DNA of 64,000 nucleotides from Batkoa obscura (GCA_030770535.1 JASVEC010000001.1:1674001-1738000), one strand, 5' to 3'; positions 28,323 to 40,423 are shown, counted from the stretch's first letter. Notes: generated by a model from the sequence alone, not told the origin. Numbers and translations: made by a program.

Positions 28323-29560
28323 TCAAAGTGAAAGAAAGATTGGCTTTATAAAACGAATTTATAACATCTTGAAATAAATATAGTATTAGGAACATTTTTT
28401 TACTTTTTATACTTAGCTATATTTTTACCTTTTTAATATATTTTCAAAAGGTAATGCTGCTTTATTAGTTAAAATTAATAATATCAAAAAACATAAATAC
28501 TTGGTAAACCGCAAAAGGTTAATGGCATCGAGCTTTGTTTATGGTAAAATAAGGTAAATTCATTAAGACTTTTGTGGCGAATGGAAATGGATGGGAGTCA
28601 CCTTATAAATAAGACCTAAAATGACAGGTGTAAATCAATGTTTGTAACTCCTCAGGGGACTCTAGCTATAAAATAGTTTAAATTCATTTTTGTCGATTTA
28701 GCAATAGCTTTAAGCTGGGGTGTTTACCTTATAATATTTACAGATTTATGTTTGCTTAAATTTATAGAATGTTTTTTGGACTAAAGCATATTCCTAAAAA
28801 AGCAGCTTGTTGCTTGTTATAAACTCTTATAGAGTTTCTTTAAAGAAATTTATAGCTTTTTAATAAGTGCATAGTGATAGCAATAACTCTTTCTAGTTTT
28901 TTTCAACGATTCAAGCTATTTTGGCACTACATCGCCTTTATTTTGTAAGTTAAAGCATCTTATAAAAATATTGTAAACCTTATACTAATGTTAATATAAT
29001 TAAAACTATTAGTCTCAAAGCGGAGCCTTTAACTTGATAATATTATTTATAAGAGATAGTTATCCAAATGAATTAACATTTGTATAGATTGTATTGAAGT
29101 TCAAATTCTTGTTCCAGGGGTTTACAATTGAATGTAAATCTTTATTGGCAGTGATCAAATCATAGAATCGAAGTTGCTTATAAATATTACAAATAATATG
29201 GTTAACGTGATAATTCGTTTAATTTATTTTTCAAACTACCAAATAAGGCAAAAATTATAAAAAATAATATAATGTGAGATCAACTATTTAACCACATAAA
29301 AATTTAGAAACTAAATTAAAATAAAGCAGAACTATTATTCAAAACTATCTTTCTAACGTAATAAATATTTAAAAATAGAATGGTAAGGTTAAAAATAACA
29401 AAGAAAAGGAACTGTTACCACAAAAAACGAATTGATACATGCTACTTATCAATTGATTATAAAAACAATGGGTTTATAATGCTATAATTGCTATATCCAA
29501 TATACATAGGAAGGTATAAAATACCCAAAGTTAGTAAGAAAAACTAAAAATATAATCATC

Positions 29561-29585
29561 TTATTTCCTCCAGGTGAGAAAGTAA
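29561..29585 (+). promoter_or_regulatory. SRE-like stem-loop, copy 2
   Basis: TTATTT-C-CTC[CAGGT]GAG-A-AAGTAA. Confidence 0.55.
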
Positions 29586-29625
29586 TAAACTCATAAATAA
29601 CAGTAAATCAATTTAAAGGTCAAAA

Positions 29626-30858
29626 ATGAAAACAGTCCAAGCTATCACTTCCTTAGTTTTGTTAAGTATAATATCCGGTGCTTCAGTGGAGCGTCGTAAT
29701 TTTGGAATTTTCAATGAATTTGATGTTTTTAAAAACATTTTTGGTGGACATAAAGAAGCACCTAAATATAATGATAACAAAGGAAAGTATGGAAAAAATA
29801 ACTACAACCGTAGTACTAAAAACAATAATTATAGTACTATTAATAATAATCATAGTACTAGTATTAATCAAAGTACTACCGTGAAATCTAGCACCCCAGT
29901 AATTCCACCAAGTTCTGCTACGTTTTCTGGAACTACTCCAGTTCAAACAGGCTCTGCTTCCTCTTCAGTTCCATCCACTAAGCCAGGTACTCCAACCACT
30001 AGTGTTGATTCACCTGGGAAATCTAGTACTCCAATTATTCCATCAAGTTCTACTCTTGTTCCCGGAAGTACTCCTATTACATCTAGTACTCCAACCACTA
30101 GCGTTGATTCACCTGGAAAAAGTAGTACCCCAGTAATTCCACCAAGTTCTACTCCAATTTCTGGAACTACACCTGCTCATACCACTTCTATTTCTTCTTC
30201 AGTTCTATCCACTAAGCCAGGTACTCCAACCACTAGTGTTGATTCACCTGGGAAGTCTAGTACTCCAATTATTCCATCAAGCTCCGTTCCAGTTTACGGA
30301 ACTACCCCAGTTCAAACAGGCTCTGCTTCCTCTTCAGTTCCATCCACTAAGCCAGGTACTCCAACTACTAGTGTTGATTCACCTGGGAAGTCTAGTACTC
30401 CAATTATTCCATCAAGTTCTACTCTTGTTCCCGGAAGTACTCCTATTACATCTAGTACTCCAACCACTAGCGTTGATTCACCTGGGAAGTCTAGTACTCC
30501 AATTATTCCATCAAGTTCCGTTCCAGTTTACGGAACTACTCCAGTTCAAACAGGCTCTGCTTCCTCTTCAGTTCCATCCACTAAGCCAGGTACTCCAACC
30601 ACTAGTGTTGATTCACCTGGGAAATCTAGTACTCCAATTATTCCATCAAGTTCTAATCTTGTTCCCGGAAGTACTCCTATTACATCTAGTACTCCAACCA
30701 CTAGCGTTGATTCACCTGGAAAAAGTAGTACCCCAGTAATTCCACCAAGTTCTACTCCAATTTCTGGAACTACACCTGCTCATACCACTTCTATTTCTTC
30801 TTCGGTTCCATATACTAAACCAAGTGCTCGTCCATATCATTACGGGAGATATTATTAA
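29626..30858 (+). CDS. Secreted Ser/Thr/Pro-rich (mucin-like) protein, family member B1
   Basis: Signal peptide, VERR|NFGIFNEFDVFKNIFGGH, seven TPTTSVDSPGK repeats, Tyr-rich C-terminus. Confidence 0.85.
   Translation: MKTVQAITSLVLLSIISGASVERRNFGIFNEFDVFKNIFGGHKEAPKYNDNKGKYGKNNYNRSTKNNNYSTINNNHSTSINQSTTVKSSTPVIPPSSATFSGTTPVQTGSASSSVPSTKPGTPTTSVDSPGKSSTPIIPSSSTLVPGSTPITSSTPTTSVDSPGKSSTPVIPPSSTPISGTTPAHTTSISSSVLSTKPGTPTTSVDSPGKSSTPIIPSSSVPVYGTTPVQTGSASSSVPSTKPGTPTTSVDSPGKSSTPIIPSSSTLVPGSTPITSSTPTTSVDSPGKSSTPIIPSSSVPVYGTTPVQTGSASSSVPSTKPGTPTTSVDSPGKSSTPIIPSSSNLVPGSTPITSSTPTTSVDSPGKSSTPVIPPSSTPISGTTPAHTTSISSSVPYTKPSARPYHYGRYY
29885..30825 (+). repeat. Coding tandem repeat of 99- and 135-bp units
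   Basis: TCCAAC(C/T)ACTAG(T/C)GTTGATTCACCTGG anchor at 29991, 30090, 30225, 30360, 30459, 30594 and 30693. Confidence 0.9.
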
Positions 30859-31770
30859 ATAAATTTGTAACTATTATATTCTATTAATTATATATGATCC
30901 ATGTTTTAAAAACAGATAAATAAATATAGTCTCAATAAGGTCCAAAAAGACTCCAGTACTTTTTATATCCATTTACTTACTTCCAACTAATTTTGTATTT
31001 AATAGTTAATAGAACACTTAGATATGTTACACTTTTAATATTTTTTTAAAAAGAATGAAAACAATGACGGTATAAGTTTGAAAATAGCTATATTATTTTT
31101 GACAGCACTAATATATATAGCTGCGAGTGAGTTTCTAATATCCTATCTTAATTTTAAAAAATAATAAATAAGCCTAAAACATTGTTTAATCAAGGTAAAT
31201 AATAATATTTGTAGTCTTTTACTTTAAGCTAGTAAGTTTAAGTTTAACTAAAGTGGCTATAGTTCTATATACTTCAGTGTTAGTATCTCTGACTACTGTG
31301 GTTATAATGTATTAATTATAAATGCTAAACATGACAAAATATACCTCATTATGATAAAAGTTAAAAAACCTAATTAGACATTTTATTTTAAAAAAGCTAC
31401 TATTGTATATATGGTGGAAGGAGAGAGTGTAATTAGGCAGTGCTGGTTTTCTCTTTTTTTTGCTATCATTTAAGGATTTAAAAGATGGATATATTTATTT
31501 ATACTTTTTTAATCATCAAATAAAACTTTACCTGATTTAGGATCAATAGTTTATATTTTCCATAGCAGTTAGTTATTTTTGCTAATTAAATAAAACAATA
31601 ATTGCCACTCCTGGGAGTTTAAAAAAGTTTGAAGGGCTGTTTAGAGAGACAGCAATTGAACTACACAAACCCTTATTAATGGCAACTTAATTATAGAATC
31701 GAAGCTATCTACAATATTATAAATAGTACATAAATTTATTAAATTCTTTCCTTGATAAAAATCGCTATAT

Positions 31771-31866
31771 GGGGGTATTTTTTTGTTTAAGAATTTACTA
31801 ACAATCTTTCCACTCAAATAACGCTTAAAAAATGGAAAAAGTGATGAAGCCAAAAAAAACATCTCC
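31771..31866 (-). mobile_element. MITE family A
   Basis: ATAT TSD on both sides; absent from the paralogous promoter near 29240. Confidence 0.85.
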
Positions 31867-32157
31867 ATATGAGGTAAAAATTAATAAAAAAAGTAATATC
31901 ATGTAAGGTAAGTTATTTAACTAGCCACAAAAATTAAAAAAATATAATTAAATAGAACTTTATAAGAAAATATATTATAAAGTTAAAAGTAAAAAAGAAG
32001 GGGAACTGTTATCACAGAAAACGAATTGATACGTGCTACTTATCAATTAAATTAGGAAAGTAATGGAGTAGCAATATTATAACTACTATACTCGTGTCCA
32101 TAAGAAGGTATAAAACAACTGAATGGAAGAGAAAAAACCCAACAAACAATAAGAATC

Positions 32158-32182
32158 TTATTTCCTCCTGGGGAGAAAGTAA
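32158..32182 (+). promoter_or_regulatory. SRE-like stem-loop, copy 3
   Basis: TTATTT-C-CTC[CTGGG]GAG-A-AAGTAA. Confidence 0.55.
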
Positions 32183-32223
32183 TAAACCCGTAAATAATAT
32201 TGAATCAATTTGAAAATCAAAAA

Positions 32224-33033
32224 ATGAAAACAGTCCAAGCCATCTTTTCCTTAGTTTTGTTAAGTGTTATAACCGGTGCTTCAGTGGAGCGTCGTACTTT
32301 TGGACTTTTCAATGAATTTAATATTCTAAAGAATATTTTAGGCGGCCACAAAGAAATACCTAAATATAATAACCAAAAAGGAAAATATGGAAAAGATGAT
32401 TACAATCGTAATGCTAAAAATAATAATAATAGTACTATAAATAACAATAATAACGTTATAAACAACAATAATAACACTATAAATAATAATAATAGCATTA
32501 TTAATAACAATAATAACACTGTGAATAATAATAATAGCGCTATTAAAAATAACTATTATACCATAAATAATAATCATAGCACAAATGTTGAACCAACCTC
32601 TTACATAGTTACGTCCGAGCCTAAAGCTACAACCACGCAAAACAACACTTCTAGTACGACAAATACTTCAATCCAGTCTATTTCCGATCCGAAGGTATCT
32701 TACTCATCTAAACCAAGTACCTTAACCACCAGCGTTGACCCATCTGCTAAAACTAGTACTTCAATCGTTCCATCAAATCCTAATCCTGTTCCTGTGACTA
32801 CACCAGCTCAAATTGGTTCTACCTCTTCTTCAGTTCCACCTAGTACTTCAGCTATCAGTGCCGATTCGCCTTCAAAAACTAGTACTCAAATAGCTTCATC
32901 AAGTTCTACTCCAATTTCTGGAACTACTCCTACTCAAACTCCTTATGTCTCCTCTTCAGTTACATACACTAAGCCAAATACCTCAAGCGTTCCACGCGGC
33001 TATTCTTATGATAGATATGGAGGATATTACTAA
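32224..33033 (+). CDS. Secreted Asn- and Ser/Thr-rich protein, family member B2
   Basis: True ATG at 32224 by paralogy with B1; VERR|TFGLFNEFNILKNILGGH; ends YSYDRYGGYY. Confidence 0.85.
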   Translation: MKTVQAIFSLVLLSVITGASVERRTFGLFNEFNILKNILGGHKEIPKYNNQKGKYGKDDYNRNAKNNNNSTINNNNNVINNNNNTINNNNSIINNNNNTVNNNNSAIKNNYYTINNNHSTNVEPTSYIVTSEPKATTTQNNTSSTTNTSIQSISDPKVSYSSKPSTLTTSVDPSAKTSTSIVPSNPNPVPVTTPAQIGSTSSSVPPSTSAISADSPSKTSTQIASSSSTPISGTTPTQTPYVSSSVTYTKPNTSSVPRGYSYDRYGGYY

Positions 33034-34012
33034 ATAAATTTATAAGTGCTATATTCTGTTTATTATCAATAATTTAGCTTTAAAAACATTTTACTTTTTT
33101 TGCTTTTAAATCAGGTTTACCAAACAGTGTGAGTAATTATAGCCTCAATAAGGCTTAAGAAATCTTTCAATGTTTTCAATGTCTTTATCGTTGTTTTTGA
33201 CTAATTTTGATTTTATGATTGACAAAATAAATAGATGGTGTCACTTTCATGTTTTTAAAACCAAATATAAGAATGATAATAATATGAATAAAAGTTCAAA
33301 ACTAATTATGTTATTTTCAATGGTACTATCATAGGTGTATTAAAGTTATGTTTTTAATATGTTATATCAATTTTAAAGGGTTACAAATGAGCTAAAAATA
33401 CTGTCTAAGAAAAACAAATGATAGCGTTTATTAATCTTCTACTTTATGCTAATAAATTTAGCCTTACTAACATAGTAATAACTCCATCTACTCCAGTATT
33501 GGCATTACTGACTAGTGAGCTTACAATTTACGGTTTAAAAACGCTAAGCCTATAACTGAATATAGCTCAGTGTAATAAAAATTAAAAAATTCTTAAATCT
33601 TATATAAAATAAAGGAGAGTATTATGGTTAAGTATTATTAGTTTTTTTTCCTTACTGTCATCTAGTAGTTTAAAATGTAAAATATACTTCCATATATTTT
33701 CTTTAATAAAATGATTAAATTTTGTCTGATTTAAGGTTTTTAATTTGATATTCCATATAACAAAGTAACCATTTCTACTAATAAAAGCAAAAACAATAAC
33801 TGCTACTTCTATAAAGTAATAAGGTTTGGTTACCTGTTTAGAGGAGCAGTAATAGAACTGTAAGTATTGTTAATGATGACCTTAATATAAAATTGAAGCT
33901 GATCGCAATATTGTAAATGATACTTAGACTTTGAAATAGCGTATTAGGATTTTAATGTTAATCAAATATTTTAAATATAAAAAGCAACTTATAGTTTGAT
34001 TTAATAAATGTA

Positions 34013-34060
34013 TTATTTGGGAAAGATTGTTAGTAAAATTCTCAAACAAAAAATGTAACC
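34013..34060 (+). mobile_element. Partial MITE family A
   Basis: 3' half only (AAAGATTGTTAGTAAAATTCTCAAACAAAAAA). Confidence 0.6.
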
Positions 34061-34088
34061 ACATAATAACAATGTACTAACTAAATAT

Positions 34089-34183
34089 GAGGATGCTTTT
34101 TAGTTTCATTACTTTTTATTTTTTAAGCGTTATTTGAATGAAAAGATTGTTAGTAAAATTCTTAAATAAAAAAATACATCCCC
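34089..34183 (+). mobile_element. MITE family A
   Basis: GAGGATGC...ACATCCCC with ATAT TSD. Confidence 0.85.
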
Positions 34184-34309
34184 ATATATTAATGTATATT
34201 TAAAAGTATTTTTAATATTATCCTTATGGCTATAATTAATAAAAAATATTACTGTTATTTAATTTCAGTTAATTTTTATAGTTTTAATAGTATTATACTA
34301 AAATTACAT

Positions 34310-34407
34310 GAGGGTGTTTTTTTTGGTTTCATCACTTTTTCCATTTTTTAAACGCTATCTAAGTAGAAAAATTGCTAGTAAAATTCTTAAACAAAAAATA
34401 TATCCTT
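34310..34407 (+). mobile_element. MITE family A
   Basis: GAGGGTGT...ATATCCTT; ACAT/ATAT flanks. Confidence 0.8.
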
Positions 34408-34625
34408 ATATAATAGTCAAAAGTTAGTTATTTTTACTAATAGACCTAACAAAAGTAAAGTGTTTTGAATTGAAAAATAACTTAATAAATTTATCTATAA
34501 TTTAGTGCTAACAAATAAATATTTAGTATATAGGAGTATTGGATCAAAAATTAAAAAATAGTAAGTTCAAGTATAATTTAAGCTTAAATATAATTTTTTT
34601 GTTAAGATTCTATAAATTTATCAAA

Positions 34626-34697
34626 TCTCGGGTAGTATAGTGGTGAGTATCCCCGCCTGTCACGCGGGAGACCGGGGTTCAATTCCCCGCTCGAGAG
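34626..34697 (+). tRNA. tRNA-Asp (GTC)
   Basis: TCTCGGG...CTCGAGA acceptor stem; CCCGC-CTGTCAC-GCGGG anticodon arm; GGTTCAATTCC. Confidence 0.95.
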
Positions 34698-34909
34698 TCA
34701 AAAGGACTTGTTGTTTATTCAATAATTCTTTTTAATAAAGATATATTTTAGTATTGATGTTAATATTATAATCATAGTTAAAAAACGAATCTATAATAAT
34801 TATTGAAGTCAAAGTGCTTATTTTTAAAATTAGATTTTTATTCTATTATATATATTGTTTATGAAAAGTCAAAGTTATTTATTGCAATAATATCGTTTAT
34901 TCTTTATAT

Positions 34910-36670
34910 TTAATTTATTAAAATCATAGCATCTCTGCTTGGTCCAACACCAATCCACTTGACTAAAAATTAAGTTTAACATTTTGAAATATAAAACATG
35001 AATAAGCTATTACCTTTAACGTTTAAAAAGTTTTCAATGAAAAGGACGTATTTCTTGCAGTTTTCTGGTAATGCATCAAAAGATCTGATATTAGAAATAT
35101 CTTCTGACCATCCAGGAAGAGTAACATATTCTACTTGTACTTCAGAAAGGATACTGAGATCGGCTAAATTAAAGTTAGTATTTTATTATACATTCGCTAT
35201 AAGCCAATTACCTGGAAATGATTTCAATTCTTCTCCTTTATAAATATATTTAACTCCTATTTGTATACTTTTAAATGTATCCAAGCAATCTAATTTGGTT
35301 AAGTTGAGGCTATTAAAAGGTTAAATTATATGCTATAGTAATTAAACTATTATTACCTGGTATAACCATTGATCATATTAGAGTATTTTAAAACAACTAA
35401 ATCTAACCAACCGCATCTTCTCTTCCTTCCAGTAGTAACACCATATTCGTGACCAATATCTTGTAATTTTTCACCGATTTCATTTAATTGTTCAGTTGGG
35501 AATGGACCTCCACCAACCCTTGTAGTATAGGCTTTAACTACACCAATTACCTCTCCAATTTTGTTAGGAGCAATGCCAAGTCCAGTACAAACACCTCCAA
35601 TACCAGTTGAACTAGAAGTGACATAAGGGAAAGTACCTAGTAGTTATGAAATAAGCATTAAATATAGATACATGTTAATTAAATTACCAAAATCTAAGTC
35701 TAACATGAGAGCATTAGCTCCTTCTACTAAGACTTTCTTCTTATCGGCAATAGCTTCATTAACAACCAAAACGGTATCCTTTACTTTCCCACGAATTAAT
35801 TCAGCAAACTCCTTATATCTTTGAATTTCTAAATCAACATCATAATCGAATTCACCATAACGAAGTTTACGAGTAGCAACTGCTTTACGGAATCTTTGTT
35901 CAAATTCTTCAAAGTTATTTAACAAATGGTGAACACGCACACCACTTCTACTGGATTTGCTACTATAGGCTGGTCCAATACCTTTACGAGTTGTTCCAAT
36001 ACTATTTGAATTTATAAGTGTTTATTCTTTAATTTTCAATATAGTTTTTTATTACCTTCCTCTACCTAATTCTACTTCTTTAAGACCATCAACAATTTGG
36101 TGTAAATCAAAAACCAAATGGGCTCTATCGGAGATAATTAATCTATCTTCACAGTCCAATCCTAACAACTATTACTATATGTATATAAATATTTCTTTAT
36201 AAAATACCATTATCCTTTAAAGCTTTTAATTCATCGAATAAACTTGGTAAATGAGCTACTACACCATTTCCAATGATTGACAAACAATCTGGATTAATTA
36301 ATCCTATTTTAATGTTTTATTAATTTATTATTCTACGTTATTATTTTTACATATTATACTGCCGTGAGTATATCATGTTGTTATATTAAAATACCTGAAG
36401 GTAATAGATGGAAGGCATATTTTTTGTCACCAACAATAATGGTGTGTCCGGCGTTGTTTCCTCCCTAATAAAACAAAATGAATATCACATCCATTTCCTT
36501 TGTCATTTGATGTATCAGCATGACAGAAATAAAATCCTTACCTGACACCTAGCGCAAACATCTGCCATCTGGGCTAAGATATCGACTAATTTACCTTTAC
36601 CCTCATCACCCCATTGAGAGCCCAATACAACGGTGACTTTGTCATTACTTAAATGATATTGATCACTCAT
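34910..36670 (-). CDS. ADE12: Adenylosuccinate synthetase (multi-exon)
   Basis: [78 protein letters not shown]. Confidence 0.95.
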
Positions 36671-37652
36671 TTTCGTTATCTAAATTAACAAAATGAGTCA
36701 TTTTATAAAATCAATTCAATTACCCACCTTTTATTCTATTTTTTCGATCCTTAAAATTCAATTGGTTATTCTATCAAAAGCTAATAGTTACCTCCCATTG
36801 GTTTTCAAATTCGACTAAAGTATTTTATTAGCCATTATGGCTTTTTTAGAATTTTTATTTTGCCTATCTGTTTATAATATTTTACACTTTAATTATAAAG
36901 CAGCCTTAAAATTTATTTTTTTATAGTTTTAAATTATTCTTTATTTTTGACTATCAAATTTCCACTTATTGTGAAGAATATTTTTATGTAGTAGGTTTTA
37001 TTGATCTGAAATATTGGGTGTTGAAAAATCTAGTTATATTCTAAGGAGTAACTCTTACTATCCCTTTGACTAATGTCCCAGGCCTATTATCAGTTTAAGT
37101 TTCAAGTTATTTTTTATAAAATAAAGTCTTATAAACAAATAATGTTAATTACTTTCACATTGTATTATCAACTTTAAGAAGACATATGGTCTTATATTAA
37201 CTTTAAAAACTTGAAGCCACAAAACAAATAGTTGCTTCTAAATATCAAAATATTAAAATGATATGAATTGTTAATAGAAGATACTTAAGTAACATCTAGA
37301 TAAATGATATGTACAGTGTGAGTTTATAAAGACCAATAGTGTCAATGAAGTGTTGACTATTTTTACTCTTCAAGCTTCAAAATTCAAATGGATTAAACAT
37401 CAAACGACTTTTAAATATAACTATTATAAAATAACTTTATACATATTAAAGTATCATACATATTGTAACATATAGTTGTAACAACCCTATTCATCTTAAC
37501 TTAAATTATTTTAAATATACAGGAAGCTAAAAGGGTTATATAATATTCTATTGGATATTATTAACAACAAATTTAAATACTTGTAAAAAGATGAAAATGT
37601 AATAAAAGTTTGGAAAGTGTTAAAAAATTACAAGTATACTTTATTTAATGAA

Positions 37653-39056
37653 CTAAAGAGATTCTTTAGTAACTACACCATTAACTTCGGTTTCCTTTTC
37701 ACCTTTAGTGACACCATTATCAGTAACGGAATGAAGTTTGTGTCCTTTACTAGTAGTTTCTCCATTGACTGTATTCTTTTCACTGCTACTTTCGTTGCGT
37801 TCAGCTTTGCTAGTGGTTTTTCCATTTTCAGTGCTGCTGCTGTCGCTGCTGTTGTTTGCGCTAGAGCTGGAGCTAGAAGAGCTGGTTGAGTTGTTAGTGG
37901 AGTTATTGGTAGAGTTACCACCGGTGTTCTTAGTGGAAGAATTATCGGAAGAATTTTTACTAGTTGAGTTATTGGAGCTTTCACTAGTATTCTTAGAGGA
38001 TGAGTCGCTTGAAGAATTATTGGAAGAATTATTGGAAGAATTGTTAGAAGAGTTGTTAGAAGAATTGTTAGAAGAGTTGTTAGAAGAATTATTGGAAGAG
38101 TTGTTGGAGGAAGAGTCTTTGGAGGTGCTGTTAGAAGAGTTATTGGAGGTACTGTTGTTAGTACCGCTGTTAGTGTTACTATTGTTTGAGGTATTACTAG
38201 TAGTACCACTATTGTTTGAAGTATTGGTACCACTATTGTTTGAGGTATTGCTAGTAGTACCACTATTGTTTGAGGTATTGGTATTGGTACCACTATTGTT
38301 TGAGGTATTGGTATTGCTAGTAGTACCACTATTGTTTGAGGTATTGGTATTGGTACCACTATTGTTTGAGGTATTGTTATTGGTATTGGTACCACTATTG
38401 TTTGAGGTATTGTTATTGGTACTATTGTTTGAAGTGTTGTTAGTATTACTGTTGTTAGTGTTACTGTTGTTAGTGTTACTGTTGTTAGAAGTATTGTTAT
38501 TAGTGCTGTTGTTAACGTTATTATTGTTTGAGGTATTTGAGTTGTTAACGTTGTTAGTGTTACTATTGTTAACATTGTTGCTATTATTAACAGTGTTGCT
38601 ATTGTTATTGGTAAGAGTGTTGCTGTTATTAACAGTGTTGCTGTTATTATTAGTAAGGTTATTACTATTGTTAATAGTGTTACTGTTGTTGTTGCTAACG
38701 TTGTTGTTATTGTTCATAATGTTACTGTTGTTGTTAGTCATTTGGTTGTTGTTGTTAGCAGTGTTGTTGTTGTTATTGGTGGCATTATTACTGTTATTGG
38801 TAGTATTGTTACTGTTATTAGTAGTCTTGTTATCATTATTGGTGGTATTACTAGTATTATTATTAGTTTTACTATCATTGTGACTATCATTATGAGAATC
38901 GCTTTTGGGAGTTCCAGTAGGTTTCTTATACCCACCAAGAACATTCTTTAAAACATTGAATTCATTAAGTAAACCAAAAGTACGACGTTCTACTGGCATA
39001 GCTTCAATGGCGGTCATAGTGACAATAAAGGTGGTTAAAATGTTGGCTAATTTCAT
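37653..39056 (-). CDS. Secreted Asn/Ser-rich protein, family member A2
   Basis: First 61 aa identical to A1; C-terminal ~60 aa shared with A3. Confidence 0.85.
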   Translation of the reverse strand: MKLANILTTFIVTMTAIEAMPVERRTFGLLNEFNVLKNVLGGYKKPTGTPKSDSHNDSHNDSKTNNNTSNTTNNDNKTTNNSNNTTNNSNNATNNNNNTANNNNQMTNNNSNIMNNNNNVSNNNSNTINNSNNLTNNNSNTVNNSNTLTNNNSNTVNNSNNVNNSNTNNVNNSNTSNNNNVNNSTNNNTSNNSNTNNSNTNNSNTNNTSNNSTNNNTSNNSGTNTNNNTSNNSGTNTNTSNNSGTTSNTNTSNNSGTNTNTSNNSGTTSNTSNNSGTNTSNNSGTTSNTSNNSNTNSGTNNSTSNNSSNSTSKDSSSNNSSNNSSNNSSNNSSNNSSNNSSNNSSNNSSSDSSSKNTSESSNNSTSKNSSDNSSTKNTGGNSTNNSTNNSTSSSSSSSSANNSSDSSSTENGKTTSKAERNESSSEKNTVNGETTSKGHKLHSVTDNGVTKGEKETEVNGVVTKESL

Positions 39057-39160
39057 ATTGACTAAAGATAAAGATTTAAAGATTTAGATGATTTGATTGA
39101 GTTGATTGCAAAGGATCGCAGATTCTTTCTAATTGATATATGTTCACTTGTAAGTGTAGC

Positions 39161-39192
39161 TCTAAGTATAACTCGCCTGGAGAAGATTTAGA
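39161..39192 (-). promoter_or_regulatory. SRE-like stem-loop, copy 4
   Basis: Reverse complement TCTAA-ATCTT-CTC[CAGGC]GAG-TTATAC-TTAGA. Confidence 0.5.
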
Positions 39193-39783
39193 AAATGATT
39201 TGTTTTTAATAATTTTGGATAGTATTTTAGCCTATTTATACTATTTCATCTATACTTTTACTTTGATTCATGCTAATCTTTCAATATTCTTCATTAAATA
39301 TATTGTGCAACGCTAATATTTAATTAATAGTTCATCCACTTATTAATCTTTTAAAGTACCCATCTAATTTACTATACAATCCAAAAACATTATGTTTATT
39401 TATGCGGATCCTATACCATTAAATCAATTTCATATACCATCACAGAACTAAATCTATTTTTACTAATTAAAAGATTTATTTATAAATTTAAATCAAATAC
39501 TTTATGTATTTAATAATGTATTTCAACATGCCGATAAATGGAGTCAGGGAATTAATAAAAACTAGTTTGTAATATCCGAATCCTTTCATTTAACTCAAAT
39601 TAGTTTTAAGTATCAAATCCTTGATTTGTCTGTAATCATAATAATTTAGCAAAAAACTAATTTTAATCATTCTTTTAGAGGAGCAGTATTCTTTTAAAAT
39701 TTTTGTATTTGAGTTAGTTTAAAAGCTCGGTTCAATTTTATCCAATTTAAATTTTTAGCAAAATTGCGAATTAAGCACAAAAT

Positions 39784-39880
39784 GGGGGTGTTTTTTTTGG
39801 TTTCATCACTTTTTCCATTTTTTAAGCGCTATTTGAGCGGAAAAATTGTTAGTAAAACTCTTACAAAAAAATACATCCCC
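39784..39880 (+). mobile_element. MITE family A
   Basis: GGGGGTGT...ACATCCCC with perfect AAAT TSD. Confidence 0.88.
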
Positions 39881-40423
39881 AAATGCTATTAAATTAGCTA
39901 CTTTTTGCTTAATTTTAAAATAACTCATTAGAACGTTTTTTTATCAACTATTTAAAATTCTACGCTATATAGAAAATGGACAAAAAAAGTGAAATGTAAA
40001 GTTTAATCCTTAATTTTAACCGAGCTTCTAAAGTTACTTATTTAAAAATAAAAGTCTTTTTGTAAAATAATATCAATTTATAAAAAATAATAACACTTCT
40101 TTTAAATGGAAAAAAATAACTTTTATATAAAAAGATCATTTTTATTTTATAGTTAGTAGTAAAAAGTTTTCGATTAGATCTAAAAAAAGATATTAAATGT
40201 TTTATAGTAGTAAAATAAAATATTAAAAGTCAATGGATTAAATAATAATGTCAAAAAAAGGCAAGGAAATAAAAATTTTAATTAGTATAAACTATTGTAA
40301 CTTGAAAAAACATAACAATAATAATTTTTAAATAGTATTAAAATAACAACAAACTTTATTTAAAAAATATAATATTGTTAAAGCATTAAGATAAAATTTA
40401 TTTAGGATAAAGCAATAATGTAT

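Noticed and set aside
29885..30825. Repeat-spacer-like pattern resembling a CRISPR array
   Set aside because: Units are multiples of 3 inside an ORF, the 'spacers' are themselves repeated, the context is eukaryotic, and there are no cas genes
31607..31618. ACTC-CTGG-GAGT, another CNGG hairpin
   Set aside because: Intergenic, upstream of the TATA box and not conserved in the duplicated unit near 33805; likely chance
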